Source: Zancudomyces culisetae HAW-14-8
Lineage: Eukaryota > Fungi > Kickxellomycota
NCBI GenBank assembly: GCA_052426225.1
Contig: JBNJNM010000015.1
Location: 124,001 to 188,000 of the forward strand
Direction: 5' to 3'
Length of the DNA stretch: 64,000 nt
Every line of letters starts with the position of its first letter. The first letter of the stretch is position 1. Of the stretch, positions 1-10,314 are shown in pieces. A program made the translations under genes and the position numbers. The notes below the pieces were generated by a model. The model searched no databases. It saw nothing but the letters and a program-made list of their open reading frames with translations, and had not been told where the DNA came from.

Positions 1-821
1 CTGGTACTGTTGATTTGTTTTTTAAGACATGGGTAAAATACTGATTGTTTAAGAACTTGCTCCAAAATACACTCATTCACAACTGGCTTGCAATTTTTGT
101 CACTGTTTATAATACATTTGTTGAAATAATAAAAAGAAAAGTTTGATAGTTGGTAGGATTACAAAAATAAAAATAAAAGTAGCCTGGAATAAAAAAAAAG
201 GGGGATGAGGGGAGTAGGAAGACCGAATAGCAAGAAGCAATCTATTTGTGGTTACAATTGATCTCACATTGATAAGGAAACATTTGTTTCAGTATTGTCA
301 CAATCCTTGCAAATAGTACCTCCCTCAAATTAGTAACCGAAAGGTAGTATCACATGTGAAAGTGTGGCACAGTTTGTTCATGATAAAATTGCTCATACTG
401 GTGAATCCAAACTTTCCTTAAAGCTATTAAAAGTATAATAAAATATCTTTTGCTGAGGTAAAATAAATAAAAATCGATTACTGGTAACAACTGAGGCCAA
501 AACTACTCAGTTGAGTAGGTTTGGCAATGTGTGTAGTTAGTTACATACCACACTTGAAGATTATGTAGTAGAAGTAAGTTGGTCTGGCTCTTAAGTGGGT
601 AAATGGAGATGGAGGTTTTGATTAGTTAGTCCTTTTAATACCCAGCACTGATAAGGTTTGGTATGAAATAAGTCTTTTTCTTGTTCGTTAAATGCAAGCA
701 TCGGTTAATAATATACATCATTTGTTCATAGCTAAAGAAATTTTTTAAAAAAATAATTAAATTGAAACAGTGGGGAATTAACTCAAAAAAAGAGGAAATG
801 TATACCAGTGACAAAAATACA

Positions 822-2084
822 CTAGGCTCTGCAACCAAGTCTTATGTAGCTTGAGAATCGAATTGTTGAGTAGGCTGGAATTTTTGATGGACCTGTGATA
901 TAGACTGGAGACGATGTAGTTGATAGCAAAGCACCCTCATAAGTTGGTGATTGCCAGGCTGAAGCATATGCCGCTGCTACTTCATTGGCGACTCTTGCAA
1001 TGGCTGTGGCATCATGAGCAGATCTAGCTACTTTATAACTTGGTACATTGGTAACTCCAGTAGTGAAGGAGTCTGCGATGAACAGTGGGTTGTTTGAAGT
1101 AGAGATATCATCAATCTTGTAGGCTGAGATCAATCCAAGCACAGAATCTGTTGTAATAGTAAACTTTTCATCCAGCAAAATGCTTCTTGCTGCAGCCCCT
1201 ACAAGAGCGTGTACTTTTGTAGTTGGGTGGATATCATCCATAAATGCATATTTGCTGGAGTCTGTGCATGCAGAAATTAATGATCCATCTGTATTTGTTA
1301 CAGAGCACGGTGAAGTGGTATTTTTGAGCCCCATTGCGGCGCTTACTATCGGGTTCTGAAGTTGGTACACAAGTCCGAAAAAGTCCAGCACTCTTATATA
1401 CTCAAGATCTAGCCCTTTATTTTGTGTAAACTGTGAGATAAAAACCTGCGTTTTGGTGTTTATAGCTGTTATAAACGTGACAAGCTGTTGACGCAATGGT
1501 ACTGGAAAGGTGAAAGCTCTAGCACTTGATGAAATGTCTGGTATATTCGATACTAGTATTCTTTTGTAACCCATGTCTGTCAAGCGCGAAATAGATGACC
1601 CAATGCTTGAGGCTATTGATGATGAATAGGTATCAAGATCCACAGCTCCACTGGATAAACCGCTAAGCCCATCTAGGACGTCATTGCCTCCGATTTCAAT
1701 GGCTGCTATGTCGTTTGATAGTACTGCCTTTGAAAAGAGCCCATGAAATGTACTATTGAACATCCCAATTTGTTTGTAAGCGTCGGGGACTGTGATTTTA
1801 ATATTGTCAAAAAGCTCTATTCCTGTGTTGTTCGATGTTGCACCACCATAAGCATAGTTAATCAAAGTTGATCCACTCCATTTTGCGAGATACTCATTCC
1901 ACACTGGTCCGTTCGAGAATCTTCCCATCCACCACTGTACACCATTGGTTAGTGGTTGGGTGAAGAGATTTCCGATGTCAGAAAGGCTGTTTCCAAATAC
2001 TATAAGTCTGTTACCAACATTTGCTTTAACTGCAGGGGTAAAGCCTGATACAACTACTGTACATATGATGTATTTTGTTAGCAT
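822..2084 (-). CDS. Secreted SGNH/GDSL-family lipase/acylhydrolase (thermolabile-hemolysin-like)
   Basis: Intronless 420-aa ORF; hydrophobic N-terminus; block I FGNSLSDIGN, GRFSNGPVW, NYAYGGAT, block III IGGND, block V DDIHP. Confidence 0.9.
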   Translation of the reverse strand: MLTKYIICTVVVSGFTPAVKANVGNRLIVFGNSLSDIGNLFTQPLTNGVQWWMGRFSNGPVWNEYLAKWSGSTLINYAYGGATSNNTGIELFDNIKITVPDAYKQIGMFNSTFHGLFSKAVLSNDIAAIEIGGNDVLDGLSGLSSGAVDLDTYSSSIASSIGSSISRLTDMGYKRILVSNIPDISSSARAFTFPVPLRQQLVTFITAINTKTQVFISQFTQNKGLDLEYIRVLDFFGLVYQLQNPIVSAAMGLKNTTSPCSVTNTDGSLISACTDSSKYAFMDDIHPTTKVHALVGAAARSILLDEKFTITTDSVLGLISAYKIDDISTSNNPLFIADSFTTGVTNVPSYKVARSAHDATAIARVANEVAAAYASAWQSPTYEGALLSTTSSPVYITGPSKIPAYSTIRFSSYIRLGCRA

Positions 2085-3300
2085 TTTAGTATTGGACTTT
2101 AATTAAAGACCGCGATATTTTAAGACTAACGCTATCAAAAAGATTGTTAAAAATGAATAGATGGATGTAACAAAAACATTTTTTGTGAGTCCTATTTTTT
2201 TGGGTGTGAGGTGTTTAATTATATCACGGACAAGCACCTTTTCAACAAGCCCACGTACCCAATATTTAACAATAAACAATTGAACCATGACTGAAGTTGA
2301 ATTGAAAAACGGTTTGTTTGATTGTACACAAGTTTTTTTCTTCTTATTATTCCAAACTGCAGCTATAAGCGATAGTTCAAAAATAATAATAGTTAGCATT
2401 AAAACATAATTTGAAGAATAAATGCGCATCGTTTTATTGAAAAATAATGTGTTTCATGTGTAGTTTGTTTATTCACTAAAATATTCCCTAAATCCTATAT
2501 AGATTATTTAAATACTAAACTTTGGGGTTTATCAAAGTTATTAGGTTACTAGATTAGAATAAATACAATGCAGTTATGTGTCTCATTATTGTTAGTACTG
2601 TTCTTGATGCTATACTATAATCCTATATTTCAGTTAATGTAGGGTATAGTGAAGCTAGTTGAGTTAAACCTAACTATTTGATTCACAATATTTTACATGC
2701 ACTCATCTTTGTACGTAATGTACGTCTTTAGGCTTCTGAGAAAACACATTAGCTTAAATAAAAAGACTTGTTTCTTATTTTATATCAAAAAAGTTGCCTT
2801 ATTCTTGCTGTGCTGTTAGTGATTACCAAAAGTGGTGGTAATTTTAACATGAAAAAGAGATGTTTTCAGCGGTTTAGGAGCGGGAGTGGATATTGTAATG
2901 ATGTTATGCTAGATCAGAAACGTTGACTATATACATTCAAGGTGATTCATCTATTCTCCGCGTTTATTTTACTTTACTCTAATATGTATATGGCTCATGC
3001 AATGACCACAAGTTAAGATTAGCACAAAGCCGTACTTATTATATAATTTTTGATGAGTGTAGTTTGGTATAATAAGTTGTACCATAAACACAACGCAGGA
3101 AGGGGGGTTGTTTTAGATATCAAGACAGGAAATACGTTTTTTACATACGACAAAACAAATATATGATACAATGCTCATGTAATATCGTTACAATTGCAAT
3201 TCTTATAGCTGTTATATGCCATCATATACTCTGGTTCACTCTCTTAACCCTTTTTTGTACAATCAAACTATAACATTTATATAGCTACAGATTTTGTATT

Positions 3301-3812
3301 TCAGGAATAGTCAGTAAGTGACTACCGGTTTCGTTCAATCCTCTAAAAGGGGCTCAAAGGAAAAGCACAGTACCTCGTCTTCCTTAGAACTTTAAAGAGC
3401 GCGTTAGATAAATCAGTAGGTAATATTCTTTTACACCACCCGAGTCAACCATTGCTTTAGACCAACCCAAATTGCCATACTCCACCTCCCTCCCCCACAC
3501 TTTCCTTGAAATCGGTCTACATTTAATATATCATAGTATCTATGATATGTCTCATTTTTCTGATGGCACCGAACGCATGGCCACCTTATTATTTTCTGTT
3601 ATTCCAATAAACCATGCCTTTATAAGACTATAAAGGGGATATTGATACAATATCCAGCATCTGGACTCAGTTCCACACCCTTCTACAGTACAAAGCCGAC
3701 CGTTTTATTATCTAACTTTCAAACAGCCTTCTTAGCCGCCTCTTTCCGAGAGAATTCACCGGAGTTGAGACAAAAGCGATTCATTCACCTCGATCTAAGC
3801 CCATCATTTGCA
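3301..3812 (-). ncRNA. Candidate structured non-coding RNA (~500 nt), family unidentified
   Basis: No long ORF; many nested helices whose G-U pairs work only on the minus strand; three perfect 8-9 bp hairpins; C-box-like ATGATG at 5' end and CTGA at 3' end (see findings). Confidence 0.55.
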
Positions 3813-4073
3813 TGATATTTAAGAGTTGTACATTCAGTTTTTTAGCCCATACCTTGATAAATGCTTCACAAAAAAAAATTTTTCTTTTTTGCTACTTTCT
3901 AATTGGTGAATTTGGCGTATCAAAGAACCTACATAAAAGCAAATTTTTACCAGATTAAACAGCGCCTTACCCACATCAAAAAAAAAATAATCAACAACAT
4001 TATCAGCATTCACATCGTTTCGAGTCGACTTTTCCTGTTGAATATTCAAAATCAAGTGTTTGAAGAGTAAATA

Positions 4074-4530
4074 ATGAATGCAGCAATAAAGGCAAAAAAA
4101 CTAGAGATAGCCAAGCTATCGGCAAACATCTTTGGAAACTTCTTCAACCCCACAAATGCACGCTCTGGCGGTCGAATCCTAAGAAAAAAGCCATATGGTT
4201 CCAAAATTGGATCGTACTACTTGACCCCAGAGGAGATTCAGTATGCCAGAATCAGAAACTTTAAGGCTTTGTTCAAAGATTCGGATAGCAAGCCTGTTGA
4301 TTATCTCGAAATAGAGAGATTAAATAGAGTCGAACAGATGAAGAAGAGAGGAAAGGGTGCCCCACGCAAAAGTAAGATTTTTCTTTTTTCATCACTTTTA
4401 CTGCCTTTTACATTTTGAATGATTATTTACATTGCAACGCGTATATGCAGAGTATATACAAATGATTTAACGTATTATTCACTTGCATGAATTAGAAACC
4501 GAAAGCGAGCCTAAGAAGGGAAAGAAATAA
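4074..4530 (+). CDS. RSM27: Mitochondrial small ribosomal subunit protein mS33 (2 exons: 4074-4371, 4496-4530)
   Basis: LSANIFGNFFNPTNARSGGRILRK and KKRGKGAPRK motifs; GTAAG...TTAG intron restores C-terminus KTESEPKKGKK*. Confidence 0.88.
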
Positions 4531-4809
4531 ATCACACAACAAGAATGTATAATAAGGGATAACATCATTATGATATTTACCAGTACTACACTAGATTCCC
4601 TTCATTTCAGGTAGATTTACAAACAAAAAATTTGTTTTTAGCTTGGATTTACAAAGTTTTATCGCACTTAAGGGGGGAAATATAATATAAAAACGAAAGT
4701 AGAAAGGGTGGGAAACCTCAAAATAACGAAAAATAAAAAAAATGAAGGGTAATTCTAGCCATTCATCAGCGTACATTTGTGTATTTGTATCAAACAGTTT
4801 AAGTCTCTG

Positions 4810-6582
4810 CTAATTCGGAATTTCATTCTCACAAAGACAAACCGAGTTATGGGGGATATTTACAAGCTCGTTATCAACTTTTTTTGGGTATATATAATCT
4901 TCAACAGCCTCTTCTTTAGAGCAATCCGCTGGGAAACTAAAAATAAATAGAGAAAGAAATTCTAATATTCATGAATTTTTGCGTGGTAACGTTAAGTTTG
5001 GAATTTACACCTTTTGCTCTCTATCTCCCCTCCTCCCCCCAGTAAAAAAAATTTACATGTTCTGATATATTTGAGACTAATAGATGGCTGGTAAGAATGG
5101 TTTAGTTTGATGAACTTACTTGTACATATCAAATAATGGTCCAAACCTTCCGTCTTTACCAAGACAAAAGAATTTTGGCTTAAACTTTATTCCTTTTTCT
5201 TTTGCAATCTTAACTTCATGTCTTTGTTTGTCCTCAATTTTGGATTTTTCTCTTGTGGCTGAAGTCAAGTCGTCATTTTTGATGGCAATAGATACTTGAT
5301 CCCATTTTCTATTATGAGTATTACATTTTGTTATCAGTGAAAGCGTAATTGTAGTTGAAAAATACAGCTATATTTAATATTTCAGGCTCACGTTTGTGCA
5401 CAAAGTAGAGCTATAACATCCGAAAAAAATAATTACCTTCTAGACTCATTTTCTTCCTGCATCTCTATTGGATTAACAATGAGTGGAGTCCGGTGTTCGG
5501 CCTTTGAATCAAAAAGGACCTCTGGTGCAGCCTTTTGTTTCCCTTCAACCGGCTATTTGTTATACAAAAATTAAGGGTTCTATCATCAAACAGGTCTTGA
5601 AATAAAAAAAGTTAGAGAGAGAGGAGAGGATGTGATGGAATTAAATGAGAAGCCTTTTGAAATAACCAATTTGATACCAATGACTTACAGTGTAATGCAT
5701 TACATGCTGCCAGTCGCCCGTAACTTCATACAGCACTTTATTTGTTGATATCCTTTTGATCTTTCCAGCAATCTTGTTGTGTTTACCACCCAATAATCCC
5801 TAGTGAGCAAATATAATTATTAAAGTTATACTTTGAATCTTCGAACGAGTATAAAATAATTAGACTTTACGTTTGAGTAAAAGTAAATCAAAAATAGCAC
5901 GTACCTTTACTTTGAAATCCACTTCAAATATCAGATCACTCTTTTCACACTTGAAATAGGATTTTCCACCTATCTCTAAAATCATCTTTCCAAAGAATAT
6001 ACCTCTTGCATACATATTTGGGTAACTTAACTCATATCTCTCATCCCATTTCTCGAGGTATACTTTAGTCAATCCATTCAGCACTACTCCCACGCTGTTT
6101 CCATAGAATCTACTTTTTGGTCTCAGATCACCGTGTATGTGTATCCCCTCTTGTGGACATGTGTAATAAAAGGCTGTCATTGGTGGGTGGTGTGATACTT
6201 GCTCAGATATAAAATAAGCCTTTGTATCCTTTTCAACTTCGTAAGAACCTCTGAAAAACTCCCCTAGTACTGGATTATATGGTTTCTTTACACCCCTTGG
6301 GTGAATATGCCAGCCAGACATGTACGACTTTACTGCAATCAAAAATCTTTGAACAGGATCCTCTGTTCTGTTTGCAGCCAACATCACGTCAGGATGTGAC
6401 ATAAAATCTGTTATGCGCTCAGTAAAGCTCCTAGGCTCAAGAACAAAGGTCGGCAGTGTGACTTTAGACAGGTCCATGCTGGTCCCTACCTGAGTCAAAA
6501 TACTGACTATGATACTTCGCGATTCCTCTCCCAGTTCCTCCTCATTATCTCGATTATCGAAACGGTGTGCTGCCTTTGTCAT
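4810..6582 (-). CDS. Oxysterol-binding protein, short Osh6/Osh7-like (5 exons)
   Basis: DLSKVTLPTFVLEPRS, KKPYNPVLGE, signature EQVSHHPP; further exons read in frame (GLLGGKHNKIAGKI; ENESRRKW; EKSKIEDKQR) to TAG at 4810. Confidence 0.9.
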
Positions 6583-8919
6583 ACTTTTGTCTTTTTTGTG
6601 TTTGTTAGCTATTTTCGTGTACCTTTCACCTTTTATTTTCTTGTTTTCTTAGCAGTCAAACCAGAATAGTGCTATATTCTTTTTTTTAATTATTTTCTGC
6701 CGCAGTAGGATTTGTGGTTGGGAAATTGCAAAAAGCGTTATATAAGTATGACTGTTTTAAGGTTTGCAATATCTAGCCTGCTATTAGGTGAATTGTACAT
6801 AGTATTTTCTTTTATGAAACAGATTTCACTTCCCGCATTGAAATTATCTGTAGCTCTATTTTCAGCCTGCTCCTGTTTTTAGGCGAAGGCAGGTTATGTA
6901 ATAATTTTTGTGATGCGCTTATTTTTTTCTCGTTTTATTTACACGAAGATTAAAACGCATGAATTAACACAGGTTGTGGCATATAAAATTTTGTTTCTCA
7001 GGTGGATTGGTAATCAACAATGGTTTATCCAGGCCTGTTTTCCATTATTTTACGGTTAAGATTTTTCAGTCCTCACGCGGATTTGCCACATTTTATTTTT
7101 TTTGTTTAATTCTACTTTACTTTATTTTTTACCATATGTGAGATTTTTGGCCAATAAGAAAGTCACATTCACCTGGTATTAAATAGCTTCAACACTATTG
7201 AATAATTTGCTATATCTTTGCTCCATTTATCTTTGTGCAAACTAACTGATGTTTATTGTGGTTTGAAAATACGTTTTATCTGCTCAGCTCATCTTAAAGC
7301 GGGAATTATTCAGTTTTCTAAAAAAAACAAATACTCAACAAAAAAACCGAATCAGAAAATCGTCACACACAACGTTTTCTCAGAGTTTTTCTAGACGATC
7401 AAACAGTTTTATTCAATGACAACTTTCCTATACAAGTCAAAAGGAATGTAACAACACAAAGAAGGTGATTCAGTAGCTTCGATGAGGGGACATGTTCGTA
7501 ATACTGCTGCATCTCTCCTTTTTTTGACCTGTTTAATCTAGTTTTGATTTTCAATTCTTAGGCTGCACCGTCCATTAACATGTTGAAGTTTTTTTTGGCA
7601 ATCCCATTGGTCGTTGACAGATGAGAGTTAAATGGGTTGTGAATGCTGTTTAATTGTTCGTGTGGGAAACAGTGATTACTATGGGCAAAGCCTGATTATT
7701 GGCCGGCCACCTGTATTAACATTCTTAAAAGAAAAGCCATTTTACAAAATGTGGTGAGAAAAAACAGCTGGTATAACGGGAATGTATTAATAAAAACAAG
7801 GGCGTTACTCCGTTACTCCCTTACTCTCATAACCTGCTATTGGCATATTTTTCACGCGGCTGTTTTTATTCAGAAACAGAGAAAAGAGAAAAGAGAAAAA
7901 ATTGGTTGGATGACACCTACTACTTTTCTTATGCTTGTATACACAAACATGTAATAGGGATTCCATGCTTATTAGACGAAATGCAATGGGTTACAAAGGT
8001 GCTTAAATATGCGGTTTTACATGTGCGCATCAGAAAATGATTTCCATAGTATAACCAGAACCAATTTTCCACTTATGTATTTATTAGCTAGTACAAATCT
8101 AGGAAAATTCAACAAGTCTTGGTGTTTATACTCCGATACAGCAAAAATGCCAACTAAAGAACCCTTTCCTAAAAATAAAATTATCCGGGTAAATACTATA
8201 CTGTATGAATTAAGAGCGAAAGTTTTTTTTTGTTTGCATGAGAGCCTCAATATCCATATTTACTCGTTCGTTCGTCATAACGAATTAACAGTTGAACGAG
8301 TGTTATAAGTGCAAATTATAGGCAGTGGCATACGTCTCTTTCTTCACCATTATCGCCGTATTCCAGCTTCAGAAATAGCCCGAGGAAAAGGCACTCTGAG
8401 AATATTACCAAGTTGCTGAACAAATTTCTGATGTTTTTTTTCCAGCTATAGCAATTTGGTATTAGGGCTACAGTAGTCATCAAACTGTCAAAGAAATGAG
8501 AGCATAACGCAGTTGATTTTTTTTACAGGGTATTGTAAACTATCCTTGTTTCACTTTTTCTTTAAAGTTCGAAAATTATTGTGACTGAGATTAAAGGCGT
8601 ATCTGTTAATTTGCTGCATAAATGGCCATAAATTGTCGATTAGTAATCAATTGTTTCCCCCATTTCGAAAATTGCAGATCAACACACCAAAGAGGGATAA
8701 CATGCTAGCTTTTGCATGTTTTGAAAAACTGACCGAAAAAGGCATTGGATGTGGCACCTTCTATATGATAGACAAGAAAAAAACTTTGAAAAGTATAAAA
8801 GGAGAAACCAAGTTCAAACTCTTACTCTTTTCCAAAAATAACAGTCCTAGGTAAACTGTACTTTGGATACAACAAAAAAAAGAAAAGAAAAGAAATATTC
8901 TCAAGGAACGATTTCAAAA

Positions 8920-9603
8920 ATGTCTTATCCACACAGCGAAACTAAACCAACACTCTACAACGCAGTTATTTGTCCCTACGCACAACGCGCAGTAATTGCA
9001 TTAAACGAGTCTGGTGTACCATACGAAAAGGTAGACATCGATTTGTCCAATAAGCCAGCATGGTATCCCCAAGTAAATCCTGAAGGTAAAGTTCCAGCTC
9101 TCAGGCTCAATGATGGTAGAATACTGATAGAATCCCTTTTGATTGTTGAATACATCTCGGAAACTTATCCACAGCTAAAGTTGATGCCAGCTGACAATTT
9201 TGAGAAATATCAAGTGAGGCTGTTTATCGAGTATATGTCAAATAAAGTCACTCCACATGTGTATGGTATTATACGAGCCAAGGATGCTGAACAGAAGGAA
9301 CAGACTTACCAAAAATTAATGGACGGGCTCAAGTTTGTTAACGGGAAGTTTGCAGAGTTTTCAACCTCATCAACTGGCCCCTATGTATTAGGCGATAGAT
9401 TTAGCGTTGCTGACATCGCTTGTATTCCATTCATTGATAGGATGGATGCTGTATTTATGCTCATTGGTAGCAAACGTTTCAGTGAGCTTGAGGGATTAGA
9501 GAGGTTGAAGGCATGGGCTGATGCCTGTCACGCAAGAAAGAGCATTGCCCCTAGCAGATGCGATCTTGATGTTTTGGTGAAGCAATATAAGGCATTCAGA
9601 TAA
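8920..9603 (+). CDS. Glutathione S-transferase, omega-like (CPYA active site)
   Basis: ICPYAQR, VNPEGKVPAL, LIESLLIVEYI, C-terminal FSVADI; first ATG at 8920 (the ORF track starts at a TTG). Confidence 0.9.
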   Translation: MSYPHSETKPTLYNAVICPYAQRAVIALNESGVPYEKVDIDLSNKPAWYPQVNPEGKVPALRLNDGRILIESLLIVEYISETYPQLKLMPADNFEKYQVRLFIEYMSNKVTPHVYGIIRAKDAEQKEQTYQKLMDGLKFVNGKFAEFSTSSTGPYVLGDRFSVADIACIPFIDRMDAVFMLIGSKRFSELEGLERLKAWADACHARKSIAPSRCDLDVLVKQYKAFR

Positions 9604-10314
9604 ATCTTTTGAAAAGTGCCAATTTGCAGTTTGTTCGCTTTTCTAAATGTGAACATGATGCTTTATTGAATCCTTCAAATAATCAAATATGAAAACCACT
9701 ATTTAGTACTTTATACTAGTTTTTTAAAAATAAAAAACTATCCAAAACAAGATATATTAATTACCTATATAATGCCTTTCTTACTTGGGAGAAGTTAAAT
9801 ATGCACGGCCAGAATATGGAAATTATTAACCCGCTGAATCACACAAGTGGTGATGGCTGGTGGGTATTTTTTGTTTATTAGTACTTCACTTGTATAGTAT
9901 CGATCAGTCCTTTAAATGTGGCTATCTTCTTTTGTACGTATCAGTTGGGAATAAAATAGCTTATAACCATAATCTAAAGCTTCCATTATGAAGCACCTCA
10001 GTTTTTATGGGTCTTTGGCACCTTTGGAGCCTCCTTCCAAACAGCTGGAAAGCTGGTTCAAAAAACCATCTGTAATTCCTAAATTGATAAAATCACAACT
10101 GTTAATGACGAATCGTTTCTATTTCTGTTTCAGTTATATGGTGTGCTTATTAACAAAATTAATCTCTAAAATGAACACCCAAAGACACAAAAACGTCTTG
10201 ATGTAATATAACCCGGGTATCCTTTTCTTTTGTCAATATATTTACTGCTATCACTACCCGGCTTTACGAGAATGAATATTTAACAACAACAACGGTTAAA
10301 CTAAGCAATTCAAA

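Noticed and set aside
3301-3812. Assigning the structured RNA to RNase P/MRP, U2, SRP or snR30
   Set aside because: Only partial look-alikes (GGCTTAGATC, GAAAGT, ACGAAACCGG, AAACCAT). The P4 pairing, GTAGTA branch-recognition sequence, SRP helix 8 and correctly arranged m1/m2 motifs are missing
3712-3813. Minus-strand mini-ORF with an in-frame TGA (MQMMGLDRGE-TGA-IAFVST...), considered as a selenoprotein because some early-diverging fungi use Sec
   Set aside because: No redox motif, no similarity to known selenoprotein families and no convincing SECIS; the GST and glutaredoxin here use Cys
7450-7720. A few possible hairpins in the OSH-GST intergenic region
   Set aside because: Stems are short or imperfect, with no box motifs in the right positions; compatible with chance
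10217-10226. GTATCCTTTT, a U12-type 5' splice-site match
   Set aside because: No TCCTTAAC branch site; an 8-mer like this is expected by chance in a window this size
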